This document shows positions 33,173 through 43,285 of a stretch of DNA of 64,000 bases, in pieces. The translations under genes were made by a program, and so were the position numbers. This stretch comes from Candidatus Moraniibacteriota bacterium. GTDB lineage: Bacteria > Patescibacteriota > Minisyncoccia > Moranbacterales > UBA1568. Below the pieces are notes generated by a model. The model was not told the origin of the DNA and did not search any database. It worked only from the letters and a program-made list of their open reading frames with translations. The stretch spans positions 308,151 through 372,150 of the forward strand of contig CAVZUR010000004.1 in NCBI GenBank assembly GCA_963778555.1. Reading direction: 5' to 3'. Every line of letters begins with the position of its first letter. Positions within the stretch are counted from its first letter, which is position 1.

Positions 33173-33654
33173 ATGGCCACGCTTGAACTTCAAGGAAAAT
33201 ACTCCACCCTCTTTCTTTCTGGCGATGAGGAAGTAGGCGACCCGCGATCGACCCCGCTCTTTGGCGACATGCCCCAAAGCTACTCCTACCGGGGGAAGGG
33301 ATTGTCTCCGGTAATGCGCGCCCTTTGAACCAATTCCTGTTCCTGACCGCGCCAACTGAACGACATCAACCTTTAAACGCAGCCACCCTGCTCACTCCCG
33401 AACCGTTCGACGGGCTCGATGGACTTTCGCGCGACGCCGTCATCGAGCTCTTGGGGCGCGATATCGATCGCATCATCGACGCGCTATGCGACGAGACGCG
33501 ATTAGAAATTGACCGCCAACGTGTACGGCAAACGACGGATAAAGTCCCGCGGCATCGTATGCTGCTCGCGACGATCCGGTTCAATCCGCTCAGCCGCGAC
33601 TTCCTCGTCCGGCACCTCCTCAGGAAGACCCCGCTCGTCTTCGGCATCATCTAG
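33173..33654 (+). CDS. hypothetical protein inserted antisense between fusA and tuf (one frameshift)
   Basis: RBS plus ATG at 33173 (MATLELQGKY..), continuing in ORF 33325..33654; hairpin ACCCGGA..TCCGGGT follows at 33669-33708. Confidence 0.55.
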
Positions 33655-33758
33655 GCTCTTCTCCCTTCACCCGGATTCTCCACGCGAGCATCCGGGTCGA
33701 TTTTTTATCCAAACGAAAACCCAGGACTATCCTGGGTTATTTGATAAAACCTTTGAAG

Positions 33759-35865
33759 CTATTTTCCTTCCTTTGGGGCTTTGGCACCCATGATCTCTTC
33801 GGCGACATTGCGCGGGACTTCCGCGTAGTGGGCGAATTCCATGGAGTAGCTGGCGCGGCCCTGGGTCATCGAGCGCATCTGGGTCGCGTAGCCGAACATG
33901 CTGGCCAAGCGGGACTTCGGCGGTCACTTCCTTCACCCGCGCATTGCCTTCACCGCGGTCATTCATTTCCTTGATGATGCCGCGCTTCGCGTTGAGGTCG
34001 CCGACGATATCGCCCATGAAGCTTTCCGGCGTGATGACGTCAACTTTCATGATCGGCTCGAGGATGACTGGGTTGGCGCGACGCAGGCTTCTTTGAACGC
34101 GAGCGAACCCGCGATCTTGAACGCCGCTTCGGAAGAGTCGACATCGTGGTACGAGCCGTCATAAACCGTCGCTTTGACATCCACCAGCGGATAGCCAGCA
34201 AGGACACCGGTCTGCATCGCTTCCTCGATGCCCTTATTGATCGGCTTGATAAATTCCTGCGGAATGACACCGCCCTTGATTTCATCGACGAATTCATAGC
34301 CCTTGCCCTGTTCATTCGGCTCGAGCCGGATCCAGCAATGGCCGTATTGTCCGCGACCGCCGGACTGCCGGATATATTTGCCTTCCGCTTCGCGCCATCT
34401 CGCGGATGGTTTCCCGATAAGCGACTTGCGGCCGGCCGACATTCACTTCAACTTTGAATTCGCGCTTCATCCGGTCGACGATGATATCCAGATGCAGCTC
34501 GCCCATGCCGGAAATGATAGTCTGACCGGTTTCTTCATCCGTGTGGACGCGGAAAGTCGGATCTTCTTCGGAGAGCTTCTTCAGAGCCATGCCCATTTTT
34601 TCCTGATCAGCTTTGGTTTTCGGTTCGATCGCGATATCGATGACCGGTTCCGGGAAAACGATATTTTCCAGAATCACCGGCGCTTCCGGATCACAAAGCG
34701 TATCGCCGGTCGTCGTGACTTTCATCCCGACCAAAGCGCCGATGTCGCCGGAGGTACAGCTCCTCGATTTCTTCGCGATGATTGGCATGCATGCGGAGGA
34801 TCCGTCCGATGCGTTCTTTTTCATTCTTGGTGGAGTTGAAGACATAGGATCCGGCTTTGACCGTTCCGGAATAAACGCGGAAAAAAGTCAGCTGGCCGAC
34901 AAAAGGATCAGTCGCCACTTTGAAAGCCAGCGCCGAAAACGGCGCGTCATCTTTCGTCTCACGAATGAGTTCCTTGTCGGTCTTCGGATCAATTCCCATG
35001 ACCGGCGGGACATCGATCGGCGACGGAAGATAGTCGACGACCGCGTCGAGCACCAGCTGCACGCCTTTGTTGCGAAGCGCCGTTCCGGTCAAAACCGGGA
35101 TGCAGACGGACTTCGATGGTCGCTTTCCGCAAGCGCTGCTTTCAGTTCCTCGACAGAAATTTCTTCGCCGTTCAGATATTTTTCCGTCAGCACATCGTCA
35201 GTTTCAGAAATTTTTTCCACCATTTTCTCGCGCCACTCTTTGGCCTTGTCGAGCATATCGGCTGGAATTTCGCCTTCGATCACTTTTTCTCCCATATCGC
35301 CCTCGAAGGTATAGGCTTTCATCTTCATCAGATCGATGACTCCGTAGAAATCCCCGCGCAGCCCCATCGGGTACTGGATCGCGACGGCATTCGGAGTGAG
35401 CCGATTCCAGATGGATTCGAAGTCGCGTCTTCGAAAATCGGCTCCTTCTTTGTCGATTTTATTGATAAAACACATGCGCGGCACTTTGTATTTTTCCGCT
35501 TGGCGCCAGACAGTTTCGGACTGCGGCTCGACGCCTTCTTTGCCGTCAAAAACGACCACGCCGCCGTCGAGAACGCGGAGAGATCGCTCCACTTCCACCG
35601 TGAAGTCCACGTGTCCCGGCGTGTCGATGATATTGATCTGATGGTCTTTCCAATAGCAAGTCGTCGCGGCGCTGGTGATGGTGATGCCGCGCTCTTTTTC
35701 CTGCTCCATCCAGTCCATCGTCGCTTCGCCTTCGTGCACTTCGCCGATTTTGTGCGTGATTCCGGTATAAAACAAAATGCGCTCGGTCGTCGTCGTCTTG
35801 CCGGCGTCGATATGAGCGATGATCCCGATATTGCGATATTTTTCGATGGCGATCTTGCGGGGCAT
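33759..35865 (-). CDS. fusA: elongation factor G (several indels)
   Basis: [56 protein letters not shown]. Confidence 0.96.
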
Positions 35866-35970
35866 ACGAAACGTTATATTGTGTGACTTAGATAAAAGAT
35901 AACATTCTCGTAAAGAGGCCAACTATTGCATTCTGCATATTCGGTCGTTGAAAAACTGGAAAAGCCCGAT

Positions 35971-36438
35971 TTACGCAAAGTGAGCGAAGGCCTTGTTGGC
36001 TTCGGCCATGCGGTGCGTTTCTTCACGCTTCTTCATGGCCGAGCCGATCTTGTTCGAAGCGTCGATGAGCTCATCGGCGAGTTTTTCGGCCATCGCTTTG
36101 CCTTTGCGGTGGCGGCACGCATCACGGATCCAGCGCATCGCCAGAACCTGGCGTCGCTCGCCGGACACCGGGACCGGCACCTGATAGTTCGCACCGCCCA
36201 CTCGTCGGCTTTTCAGCTGCAGGAGCGGCGCCACATTCTTGATTGCCTGCTCGAAAGTATTGAGACCGGCTTTCTTGGTCCGCTCGGCGATGATATCAAA
36301 CGCATCATAGATGATTCTTTCGGCCGTGCTCTTCTTGCCCGCCCACATGATCATCCCGACGAAATGCCCAACCAGCGGATTGCCGAATCGGGCATCCGCC
36401 TTCCATTCCTTATCAAATTGTCGCTTTCTCCGTGGCAT
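35971..36438 (-). CDS. rpsG: 30S ribosomal protein S7
   Basis: MPRR, SRRVGGANYQVP, HRMAEANKAFAHF. Confidence 0.97.
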   Translation of the reverse strand: MPRRKRQFDKEWKADARFGNPLVGHFVGMIMWAGKKSTAERIIYDAFDIIAERTKKAGLNTFEQAIKNVAPLLQLKSRRVGGANYQVPVPVSGERRQVLAMRWIRDACRHRKGKAMAEKLADELIDASNKIGSAMKKREETHRMAEANKAFAHFA

Positions 36439-36450
36439 AATTTCTCGGAC

Positions 36451-36870
36451 TTAGTCTTTCTTCTTCTCCTTCTTCGCGCCGTATTTGGAGCGGCCCTGCT
36501 TGCGAGTGTTGACGCCGGCCGCATCGAAAATACCGCGCACCACATGGTACCGCACGCCCGGCAAATCCTTCACCCGGCCGCCGCGGATCATGACGATGGA
36601 GTGCTCCTGGAGATTGTGCCCCTCGCCAGGGATATACGCCGTCACTTCCATGCCATTGGTCAGGCGCACACGGGCAATCTTGCGCAGAGCCGAGTTCGGC
36701 TTCTTCGGCGTCATGGTCGTCACCTTGAGACACACGCCGCGCTTGTACGGACTATCGGTCTTCGTGATGCGGTTTTTGACCGTATTGATGACAAAAGTCA
36801 TCGCCGGAGACTTGGATTTCTTCCGGGCGACTTTGCGAGGATGCTTGATGAGCTGATTGATGGTGGCCAC
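36451..36870 (-). CDS. rpsL: 30S ribosomal protein S12 (GTG start)
   Basis: [35 protein letters not shown]. Confidence 0.97.
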   Translation of the reverse strand: MATINQLIKHPRKVARKKSKSPAMTFVINTVKNRITKTDSPYKRGVCLKVTTMTPKKPNSALRKIARVRLTNGMEVTAYIPGEGHNLQEHSIVMIRGGRVKDLPGVRYHVVRGIFDAAGVNTRKQGRSKYGAKKEKKKD

Positions 36871-36925
36871 GGATCAGAGAGTTTATTGAGACAAACAAAA
36901 AAAGACTTGTGTCAGTTGTGGAGCC

Positions 36926-36954
36926 AGTGTATCCGATGAAGGATGGCTTGTCAA
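36926..36954 (-). promoter_or_regulatory. sigma70 promoter of the str operon
   Basis: TTGACA-N17-TACACT. Confidence 0.75.
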
Positions 36955-37108
36955 CCACCACACCCATCGAGCTTCGGCGTAAACGAGCCCTCAAAAACAA
37001 TCTCTTGGAAACAGCCATCAGTAATGACGAGATACCCCCCCTCGGACCTCTCGCCGCCGCAATCCCACAAGCTCAATGGGTGTCGGTGGTCAACTGGATA
37101 CTTTGGCT

Positions 37109-37831
37109 CTAGAGAGCCAGACCAAAGAAGAAGCGTAGGAAAACGGAGATGAAGGCGCTCACCGGTCCGGAAAAGACGAAGATGATGAATAGGAGGAGAA
37201 AAAAACCATACTGTTCAAGCTGCAGCTGCGTTCGCTCGGAAATCGGAAAGAGCGCATAAAGAATCTTTGAGCCGTCCAAGGGCGGAATCGGCAGGAGGTT
37301 GAAGCAGCCCAGCACGACATTCCAGAAAATCGCCAGCAATAATAGGCCGAAGAAGATGCTCATGAACGACCCGGCCATGGCGATTGAAAGGAGTTCGAAA
37401 CGCTCCAAAAATTGCCCCTGACCGCTGATGACACCCAGAAAACGTCCGAGGACATCCTGCTTGGCAAGTTGGGATAGCGGGAGCGCTGCCGCCAGGAAGG
37501 CTGCCAGGAACGCGAGAAAGAAATTCGTTCCCGGTCCGGCCAGCGCCACATAGAGCGGGCCCCATTTCTGATCGCGCAAATTATACGGATTGTACGGCAC
37601 CGGCTTGGCATAACCAAAGGCGAAACCTGTCGTCACGAACAGTGTGATGGGAATGATAAAAGAACCAAAGGGATCAATATGACTCCATGGACTGAGACTG
37701 AGCCGGCCGGCGTATTTGGCTGTCAGGTCGCCGAGGAAATACGCCATATAGCCGTGTGCCACTTCATGCAGGATAACGGCGTATATCAACGTAAAGAGGT
37801 AGAACCCGATGAGAACAATTTCATTCGCCAT
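37109..37831 (-). CDS. site-2 protease (M50)
   Basis: HEVAH, GD.TAK..GRL, ALAGP, FNLLPIPPLDG. Confidence 0.92.
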   Translation of the reverse strand: MANEIVLIGFYLFTLIYAVILHEVAHGYMAYFLGDLTAKYAGRLSLSPWSHIDPFGSFIIPITLFVTTGFAFGYAKPVPYNPYNLRDQKWGPLYVALAGPGTNFFLAFLAAFLAAALPLSQLAKQDVLGRFLGVISGQGQFLERFELLSIAMAGSFMSIFFGLLLLAIFWNVVLGCFNLLPIPPLDGSKILYALFPISERTQLQLEQYGFFLLLFIIFVFSGPVSAFISVFLRFFFGLAL

Positions 37832-37964
37832 ACTCAGGTGAAATGCTTGGATACGAATCTTCGGCGATAGCCCTAAAGACTTGCCAAGGCCATACTACCA
37901 TGCTAGACTGGTCTTTGCTAAGCGCTTTTCCGGCGCTTTCACATTATCAAAAACTTCTACGACT

Positions 37965-38141
37965 ATGAGCCGTGTCTGCCAACTTTCCGGCCGGGGAACC
38001 CAAACCGGTAACAAAATCAGCCACTCTAAGCGCCACACCCGCCGCACGTTCGCGATCAATCTCCAGACCAAGCGCATCGGTGGCGTGAAACTCCGGCTCT
38101 CGACTCGGGCCATCCGCACTCTGGCCAAGTCCGCTGCCTAA
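37965..38141 (+). CDS. rpmB: 50S ribosomal protein L28
   Basis: MSRVCQLSG...GNKISHS...TRR.F..NLQ. Confidence 0.93.
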   Translation: MSRVCQLSGRGTQTGNKISHSKRHTRRTFAINLQTKRIGGVKLRLSTRAIRTLAKSAA

Positions 38142-38354
38142 TTTCAAACTTCTTTCGAATTGAAAACAATCCGCTTCCGCGGATTTTTTCATGATTCTTG
38201 ACAGTACTGATGGAGAGTAGCATAATCGCCAGGTTGGTCCTGTTACCCAATCTGACGCTCGGTACCCAATCCAAGGAAAGATTTCGTGACCCGATCAACT
38301 TTCATTTTTTCCGTCCCTTACCAATCCCCGCCCCAACGACCACAAGGAGAGACC

Positions 38355-38927
38355 GTGCCAACCACGCAACCAGCCAAAGAAACGCACGCTATTCTGACGT
38401 GCTATGACAAACGTCTTGACCCAATCGTTGAGATTTACCGACAGCAGCTCATTCTCGAAGAACACATCGTTCTGAGCCCGATTCGTCCCGTCGGCGGACT
38501 GCACGCGATGACTCGGAGTGCCTGCCGTCATTTCTTCTACGATCAGCTCGATGGACTGATTTTGGTCGGCCAGGCAACGCATGTCCATATCTTTCCGCAT
38601 ACCAATTGCCAGTATGGCTGGCTCAAGGTGCGAGACAAGGTAGGCGATACGTTCGAGCAAGACCTCGGCTTCCAAATCGACATGCTGAAAAAGTCATGCG
38701 CGGGTGCCATCTCCCATGTGAAGCACAAGTTCCCCGAGAGAACGGTCCGCATCATCGGGAACATCATCTGGACGCAAGAAAAACGCTTTCTCAGCCTGAC
38801 CGAGGCGACCGATCTTCTCGGTCCAATTCAGCCGCTCTCCGATAGTCATGAGCAACGTCAGTCGCGTGGCGAAATCGCGCTTCCCCGCATCAGAGATGCC
38901 GAAGCCTACCCGGAACACCGTCTCTAG
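38355..38927 (+). CDS. divergent beta-carbonic anhydrase-like protein
   Basis: CYDKR and HTNC match the CxDxR/HxxC Zn motifs; AAGGAG RBS before GTG; promoter TTGACA-N17-CATAAT at 38198. Confidence 0.5.
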   Translation: MPTTQPAKETHAILTCYDKRLDPIVEIYRQQLILEEHIVLSPIRPVGGLHAMTRSACRHFFYDQLDGLILVGQATHVHIFPHTNCQYGWLKVRDKVGDTFEQDLGFQIDMLKKSCAGAISHVKHKFPERTVRIIGNIIWTQEKRFLSLTEATDLLGPIQPLSDSHEQRQSRGEIALPRIRDAEAYPEHRL

Positions 38928-39022
38928 GCGAGTGGTCCATTTGCCTCGCCGCCCCGAAGGGCACCAACCGACAATGTCGGGCGGTGTTCTTTTTTTAAAA
39001 AAAATTGATTTACGCTGGAGAA

Positions 39023-39574
39023 TCAGCCCCGCAAAACGGTATCGGCTGTTGACACAACGGATGGCGACTTAGCCCTCAGGTAAATCCACATTCCCACGGC
39101 TGTCAGGCCGATAAAGGCGAGGGAGGACCAGTCCGCGATGGAAAGTCCGAGAAAGCTCCAGTCAACAATGGCGCAATTCCCCGTTCCCCCAAGCGCAAAG
39201 ATGAAATCATCGAGGAAGGAACCGAAGGAAACGGCACAACCGGCCGCGTTATCGGTCGGTACAAAAAAACGCTGCAGATACACTTGGCGCAAAGCGACCG
39301 TCCCGCCCGCCAGAGAGAGCAGCGCGACTGCCCCGCCAGCCATGTGCAACGTATAGCGCGACCACCAGCCCATGTAGCCGATGATCGCCGACAATCCGAC
39401 AAACGCATAAAAAAAGCGCTGCACGATACACAAGGGACACGGAACCAAGCCCTCCACAGCTCGGACAATAACAAATGCGAAAATGAGAAGAAGGGCGCAG
39501 TAGAGCGCAACAAACAGGAGGAGACGCTTCGGGTCACGAAGACTCGTGGCCACATTCATAAGAGTTTTTATCAT
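39023..39574 (-). CDS. dsbB: disulfide bond formation protein DsbB
   Basis: PCPLCIVQR, second Cys pair (AGC..GNC), WSFLGLSIADWS, four TMs. Confidence 0.88.
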   Translation of the reverse strand: MIKTLMNVATSLRDPKRLLLFVALYCALLLIFAFVIVRAVEGLVPCPLCIVQRFFYAFVGLSAIIGYMGWWSRYTLHMAGGAVALLSLAGGTVALRQVYLQRFFVPTDNAAGCAVSFGSFLDDFIFALGGTGNCAIVDWSFLGLSIADWSSLAFIGLTAVGMWIYLRAKSPSVVSTADTVLRG

Positions 39575-39692
39575 AAGACGCTTGGCAGACTGCTTCTCTA
39601 GTATAGTCTATGCTCTCCGTTGGTTCATCCCTCTGCTCCCTTTAAAAAAATACTGGGCGACTCAAAACTCGAGCCGCCCAACAGGGCCGCGA

Positions 39693-40047
39693 TCAGCAGG
39701 TGGCATCGCTCCCTTCCGTTTGTCGAACATTTTCAGCGCTGAGGGCACAGACGAATCCAATGGGAATGGCGGCGGGAAGCCACCAAAGTATGGAGGGTAA
39801 TCGGAAGAAAAACGTTACTGCTTCCTCATTCACCCAACTGGCTAAATACACGGCCCCAACGACAATGAAACAGCCGACTGCATCCCACTCCACGAGGCGC
39901 ACGAACCGGCGATGACCATTGGGATTGACTGGATCCGGCAGATAGTAGGGGCGATTTTCTGACCCCACAAAGTACATCCCCGACAGGGTCGCGACGACGG
40001 TCATACCGCACGCCACGAGAAAAGCCAACATGATAGTCGTCAGCATT
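39693..40047 (-). CDS. hypothetical membrane protein
   Basis: GGAGG RBS before MLTTIML; three hydrophobic segments. Confidence 0.55.
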
Positions 40048-40289
40048 TGAGACCTCCGAAGGTGAGCTATTACAAAGGACGTGGCTCCAGAGTAGCATGC
40101 TTTCTTACGCGGCTCAGGGCACCATGTCAAGTCCATACCATCACCATGTTCTCGAGCTAGAAGCGAAGAATCCCTCGTCGAGACTCGAGAAAATGGTTTA
40201 CCTTACCTCTTGCAATAAATCTATTTTCATGCTATAGTACTTGGTTAGGAGTTTTTTCCCAAACCACCACCCAACCACAGGAGCACTCC

Positions 40290-40511
40290 ATGATTCATCG
40301 CATTGATCCCATTCACGCCGTTCTTTTACTAGTCGTACTCACGGCCATCGGCGGGTTGGGGCTCGTCTCCCAAAGCATCGATGAGACGACGTTCCTAACC
40401 GCCAGAAAGGAGACCATCAACGCCGCTCCCTGCAAAAAAGCTCTGCCCCTCGAGGCGCAGAGCTTCGAAGAACGCTCCGGCAAAGACTTTTTGCCACCCC
40501 TGTGCTGGTAA
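40290..40511 (+). CDS. small hypothetical membrane/exported protein
   Basis: AGGAG RBS; promoter TTGCAA-N17-TATAGT at 40210; terminator near 40533-40563. Confidence 0.55.
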   Translation: MIHRIDPIHAVLLLVVLTAIGGLGLVSQSIDETTFLTARKETINAAPCKKALPLEAQSFEERSGKDFLPPLCW

Positions 40512-40636
40512 CACCCAACACCGTGCTCGCACCGCCGCTAGGTTTCAACCCAGCGGCTTTTTTCTGTACCAGTGATCTTTTGAATAAACAAAACCACCCG
40601 GAAAAACTTCCAGCCTGCTATCTGATTTGAAAATCA

Positions 40637-40864
40637 CTACATCGCTGCGGCAGCGCTCTCAGACGAACACGCGCGGCAATTGCTCTTGTGTGTCACGACC
40701 TCGAAGACAGCTGCAGCACCGACCAAGACATACACTACTTTCGTGACCGATGACATGTCACCGAAGAGGCTCGCGACGACGTCCATCTGGAAGAGACCGA
40801 CGGCAAGCCAATTCAGGCCGCCCGCAACGAGCAGCAAGAACGCCACCATGTGAAGTTGTTTCAT
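40637..40864 (-). CDS. DUF378 family membrane protein
   Basis: LLVAGGLNWLAVGLF..DVV, VYVLVG. Confidence 0.85.
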   Translation of the reverse strand: MKQLHMVAFLLLVAGGLNWLAVGLFQMDVVASLFGDMSSVTKVVYVLVGAAAVFEVVTHKSNCRACSSESAAAAM

Positions 40865-41029
40865 AGAAAAAAATGTTGTTGATACGCGGGGGCCGACCGG
40901 AGGAGCTCACTCCCTCCCTGCGCCTCTATTGTACTCCCGAAGAATTCCTTTTCAGACTTTCCGTCAAGCAGGGCCAAACGGAAAGCCAGTCCAAGGAAAG
41001 ACTGGCCCATTTGCTATTCTTTTGCCATT

Positions 41030-41680
41030 TTATTTCGGCATCTTTAAAACATCGACAACGCGACCATTGATGACAAAATTATCCTCCGGCGTGAGGAAAA
41101 TCGGCTGATGGCGCTTATCGGTTGACTCCGGGAGAAGGGCAATCGTCCTACCGTCTTGGGAACGATAGGTTTTCACGGTTGCGAGGCCGTCGATCACTAC
41201 CAGTACCCGATCGCCGTTCGCATACTCTTTGACTGCTGCATCTACCAGGATAAAATCCCCATTTTGGATGAGCTTGCCATTCACTTTCGCCCGGTTCATG
41301 GAAGTCCCCGACACCTGAACCGCAAAGACATTGCGATCCTTAACGAGACGCTTTGAAACGCGCAGATACCCCTCGACATACTGGTCGGCGAACATGGTCG
41401 CGGCCCCGGCGCTCGCGGCACCAAAAACCGGAATCTGAACGAAACTGTCTGCATTCACGCCTTTGAGGAGAATGCCTCGGTCCTCGCTCGTCCGCTCAAT
41501 GTAACCTTTTTCCTCGAGCGTGTTGAGATAGAGAAAAAAACTGCGCAGACTCTTCAAATGGAGGCCGAGCTTACCGCTTTCCTCTTTGATTTCTCGCACT
41601 GTCGGCATCTCGCCGTGTTCGGTGAAGAATTGCTTGATCGCCTGGAGGACAATCCGCTGCTTCTGAGTCAGAATCTCCAT
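41030..41680 (-). CDS. lexA: LexA family repressor
   Basis: LTQKQ..L, PTVREI, LEEKGYI, IPVFG..SAG cleavage site, VSGTSM, ATVK. Confidence 0.85.
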   Translation of the reverse strand: MEILTQKQRIVLQAIKQFFTEHGEMPTVREIKEESGKLGLHLKSLRSFFLYLNTLEEKGYIERTSEDRGILLKGVNADSFVQIPVFGAASAGAATMFADQYVEGYLRVSKRLVKDRNVFAVQVSGTSMNRAKVNGKLIQNGDFILVDAAVKEYANGDRVLVVIDGLATVKTYRSQDGRTIALLPESTDKRHQPIFLTPEDNFVINGRVVDVLKMPK

Positions 41681-41712
41681 ATGTTTTAGTGTTTACTCTA
41701 CTTACACTAGAG

Positions 41713-41740
41713 AGTATACAACCAGTTCGAAAGCTGTCAA
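41713..41740 (-). promoter_or_regulatory. lexA promoter
   Basis: TTGACA-N16-TATACT; TAGTGT-N11-ACACTA inverted repeat immediately downstream (41687-41709). Confidence 0.65.
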
Positions 41741-41755
41741 CCCTCACTTTGTCGG

Positions 41756-42619
41756 CTAAAAAATCTCCCCTGCCCAGTCCGAACTTACTCTGGCTTGGCC
41801 ATCGGATTGGAAAACAATATAGCTCGCCTTGAATTCCTGAGACAGCTCACCGTACCGCTCAGGTGAAGCAAAAAAAAGCCCTGATGTCATACAATCCGCC
41901 GACCAGGCATCAGCCGCGACTGCCGCGCAGCCGACAACTCTCTCGATGTTCTGCTGCATCATTGGGTTGACGAGATGATGCCACTTCCCCCAACGTCTCC
42001 GAAAACTGTCCGAAACGGCGAGTCCTTGATTGTGAAGGTCGACGACGCCAGCGGCCGTGTCCGGCTTACCCGGATACTCAATCGCAACGCGCCACGGCCG
42101 GCCATCGGCTTTCGTCGTCCCGAACATGTCGCCTCCGCCATCCACGATAAAGTATTCGAATCCTGCCGCACGGATGAGGTCAGCAAGCCGGTCGATACAG
42201 TATCCTTTCCCGATGCCACCGAGGTCAAAAGCCGTCGGGCCATCAAGAGTCAGCAGCTCATCTGCAATCGACCAAACTGGAAGTTGCTCACCATACTGAA
42301 TCGGCACTAACCCGTTCTGTCCGCCATAGCCTGCGCTTTCCAAGACGGCGCCGACGACCGGATCATAGATGCCGCCAGTCAGGGTGCGGAGCTGTGCCGC
42401 TCGCTCGAGCAATCGCGCAAGCTCCGTCGATACCGGATAGGTGCCCGCGACGGCTTCGCGGAACGCATTCGTCTCAGAACCCGGGAGAAAACGCGAAAAA
42501 CGGGACTCGAAGTCCCGTGCATATTGTATGACTCGATCGCTGAGATCCACCGGAAGGATTTCAGAATCGATAGTGATCGACCAGCCGGTCCCGAGTCCCT
42601 GGAAATCAAACGTCTGCAT
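41756..42619 (-). CDS. apbE: FAD:protein FMN transferase (ApbE family)
   Basis: LGT, FSRF...SE, FDLGGIGKGY, DGGGDM, W.VAIE.P, HHLVNP, AD..TS. Confidence 0.88.
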   Translation of the reverse strand: MQTFDFQGLGTGWSITIDSEILPVDLSDRVIQYARDFESRFSRFLPGSETNAFREAVAGTYPVSTELARLLERAAQLRTLTGGIYDPVVGAVLESAGYGGQNGLVPIQYGEQLPVWSIADELLTLDGPTAFDLGGIGKGYCIDRLADLIRAAGFEYFIVDGGGDMFGTTKADGRPWRVAIEYPGKPDTAAGVVDLHNQGLAVSDSFRRRWGKWHHLVNPMMQQNIERVVGCAAVAADAWSADCMTSGLFFASPERYGELSQEFKASYIVFQSDGQARVSSDWAGEIF

Positions 42620-42629
42620 CGCGCCGAGA

Positions 42630-43059
42630 TTAAATCTGGCTCTTGAGCGTATCGATGACGCTATTGAACGCCTTGGTCGTCAGCGAAGACTTGCCGATAC
42701 GGTCGACGGCTGTGAGTTCGGAAAGTCGTTTCCCTTTGATGACCGCCAGCAACCCTTGAGAGAACGCTACTTGCTTCTCATCCGCCTGGTTCGTCTCAAC
42801 CGTCACTTCGCGGGCATCGGTGATAACACCATCCGGACTGAGCGTAAGCGTGAACCGCACGAAATCGACGCCATCGTTCGGAACCTCGTAGCGCACTTCG
42901 GCACTCACCTCCTTCGGCTTCTGTACGACGATTTCGGTCATCGCTGCCCTATCCGTCTTGACCGACTGAAACATCTTGACCACCTGACGATAATAGATGG
43001 CAACCGTCAGAACGAGCACGACCGCGATTGCCGCGAGCCCCTTGGGTATCTTCTGCATA
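42630..43059 (-). CDS. exported FMN-binding-like protein
   Basis: N-terminal TM, GKRLSEL.AVDRIGKSSLTTKAF; directly upstream of apbE. Confidence 0.65.
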
Positions 43060-43285
43060 GGTTTGTTTTTATTGCTGTTTCTGCCATTATGATACACTTT
43101 GATGTCCCAGCACACAATTCGGAATTTGTCATTATTCCCTCCACGACTGCCGCAGAAAGGGCTATTTATGGCAAAGAAGAAAGGCGTAAAGCATACGCCT
43201 TCCGCGAGCAGAGAAAATAACGTATGCTACGAGAGACAGCAGTGCAGCACTCTCGCTCCGGCTGCTATTCCCGTAATGCTCTGCT

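Noticed and set aside
33759-35865. fusA split into five or more ORFs
   Set aside because: Same indel-error signature. All EF-G domains are present at normal total length, with no room for an intron or intein.
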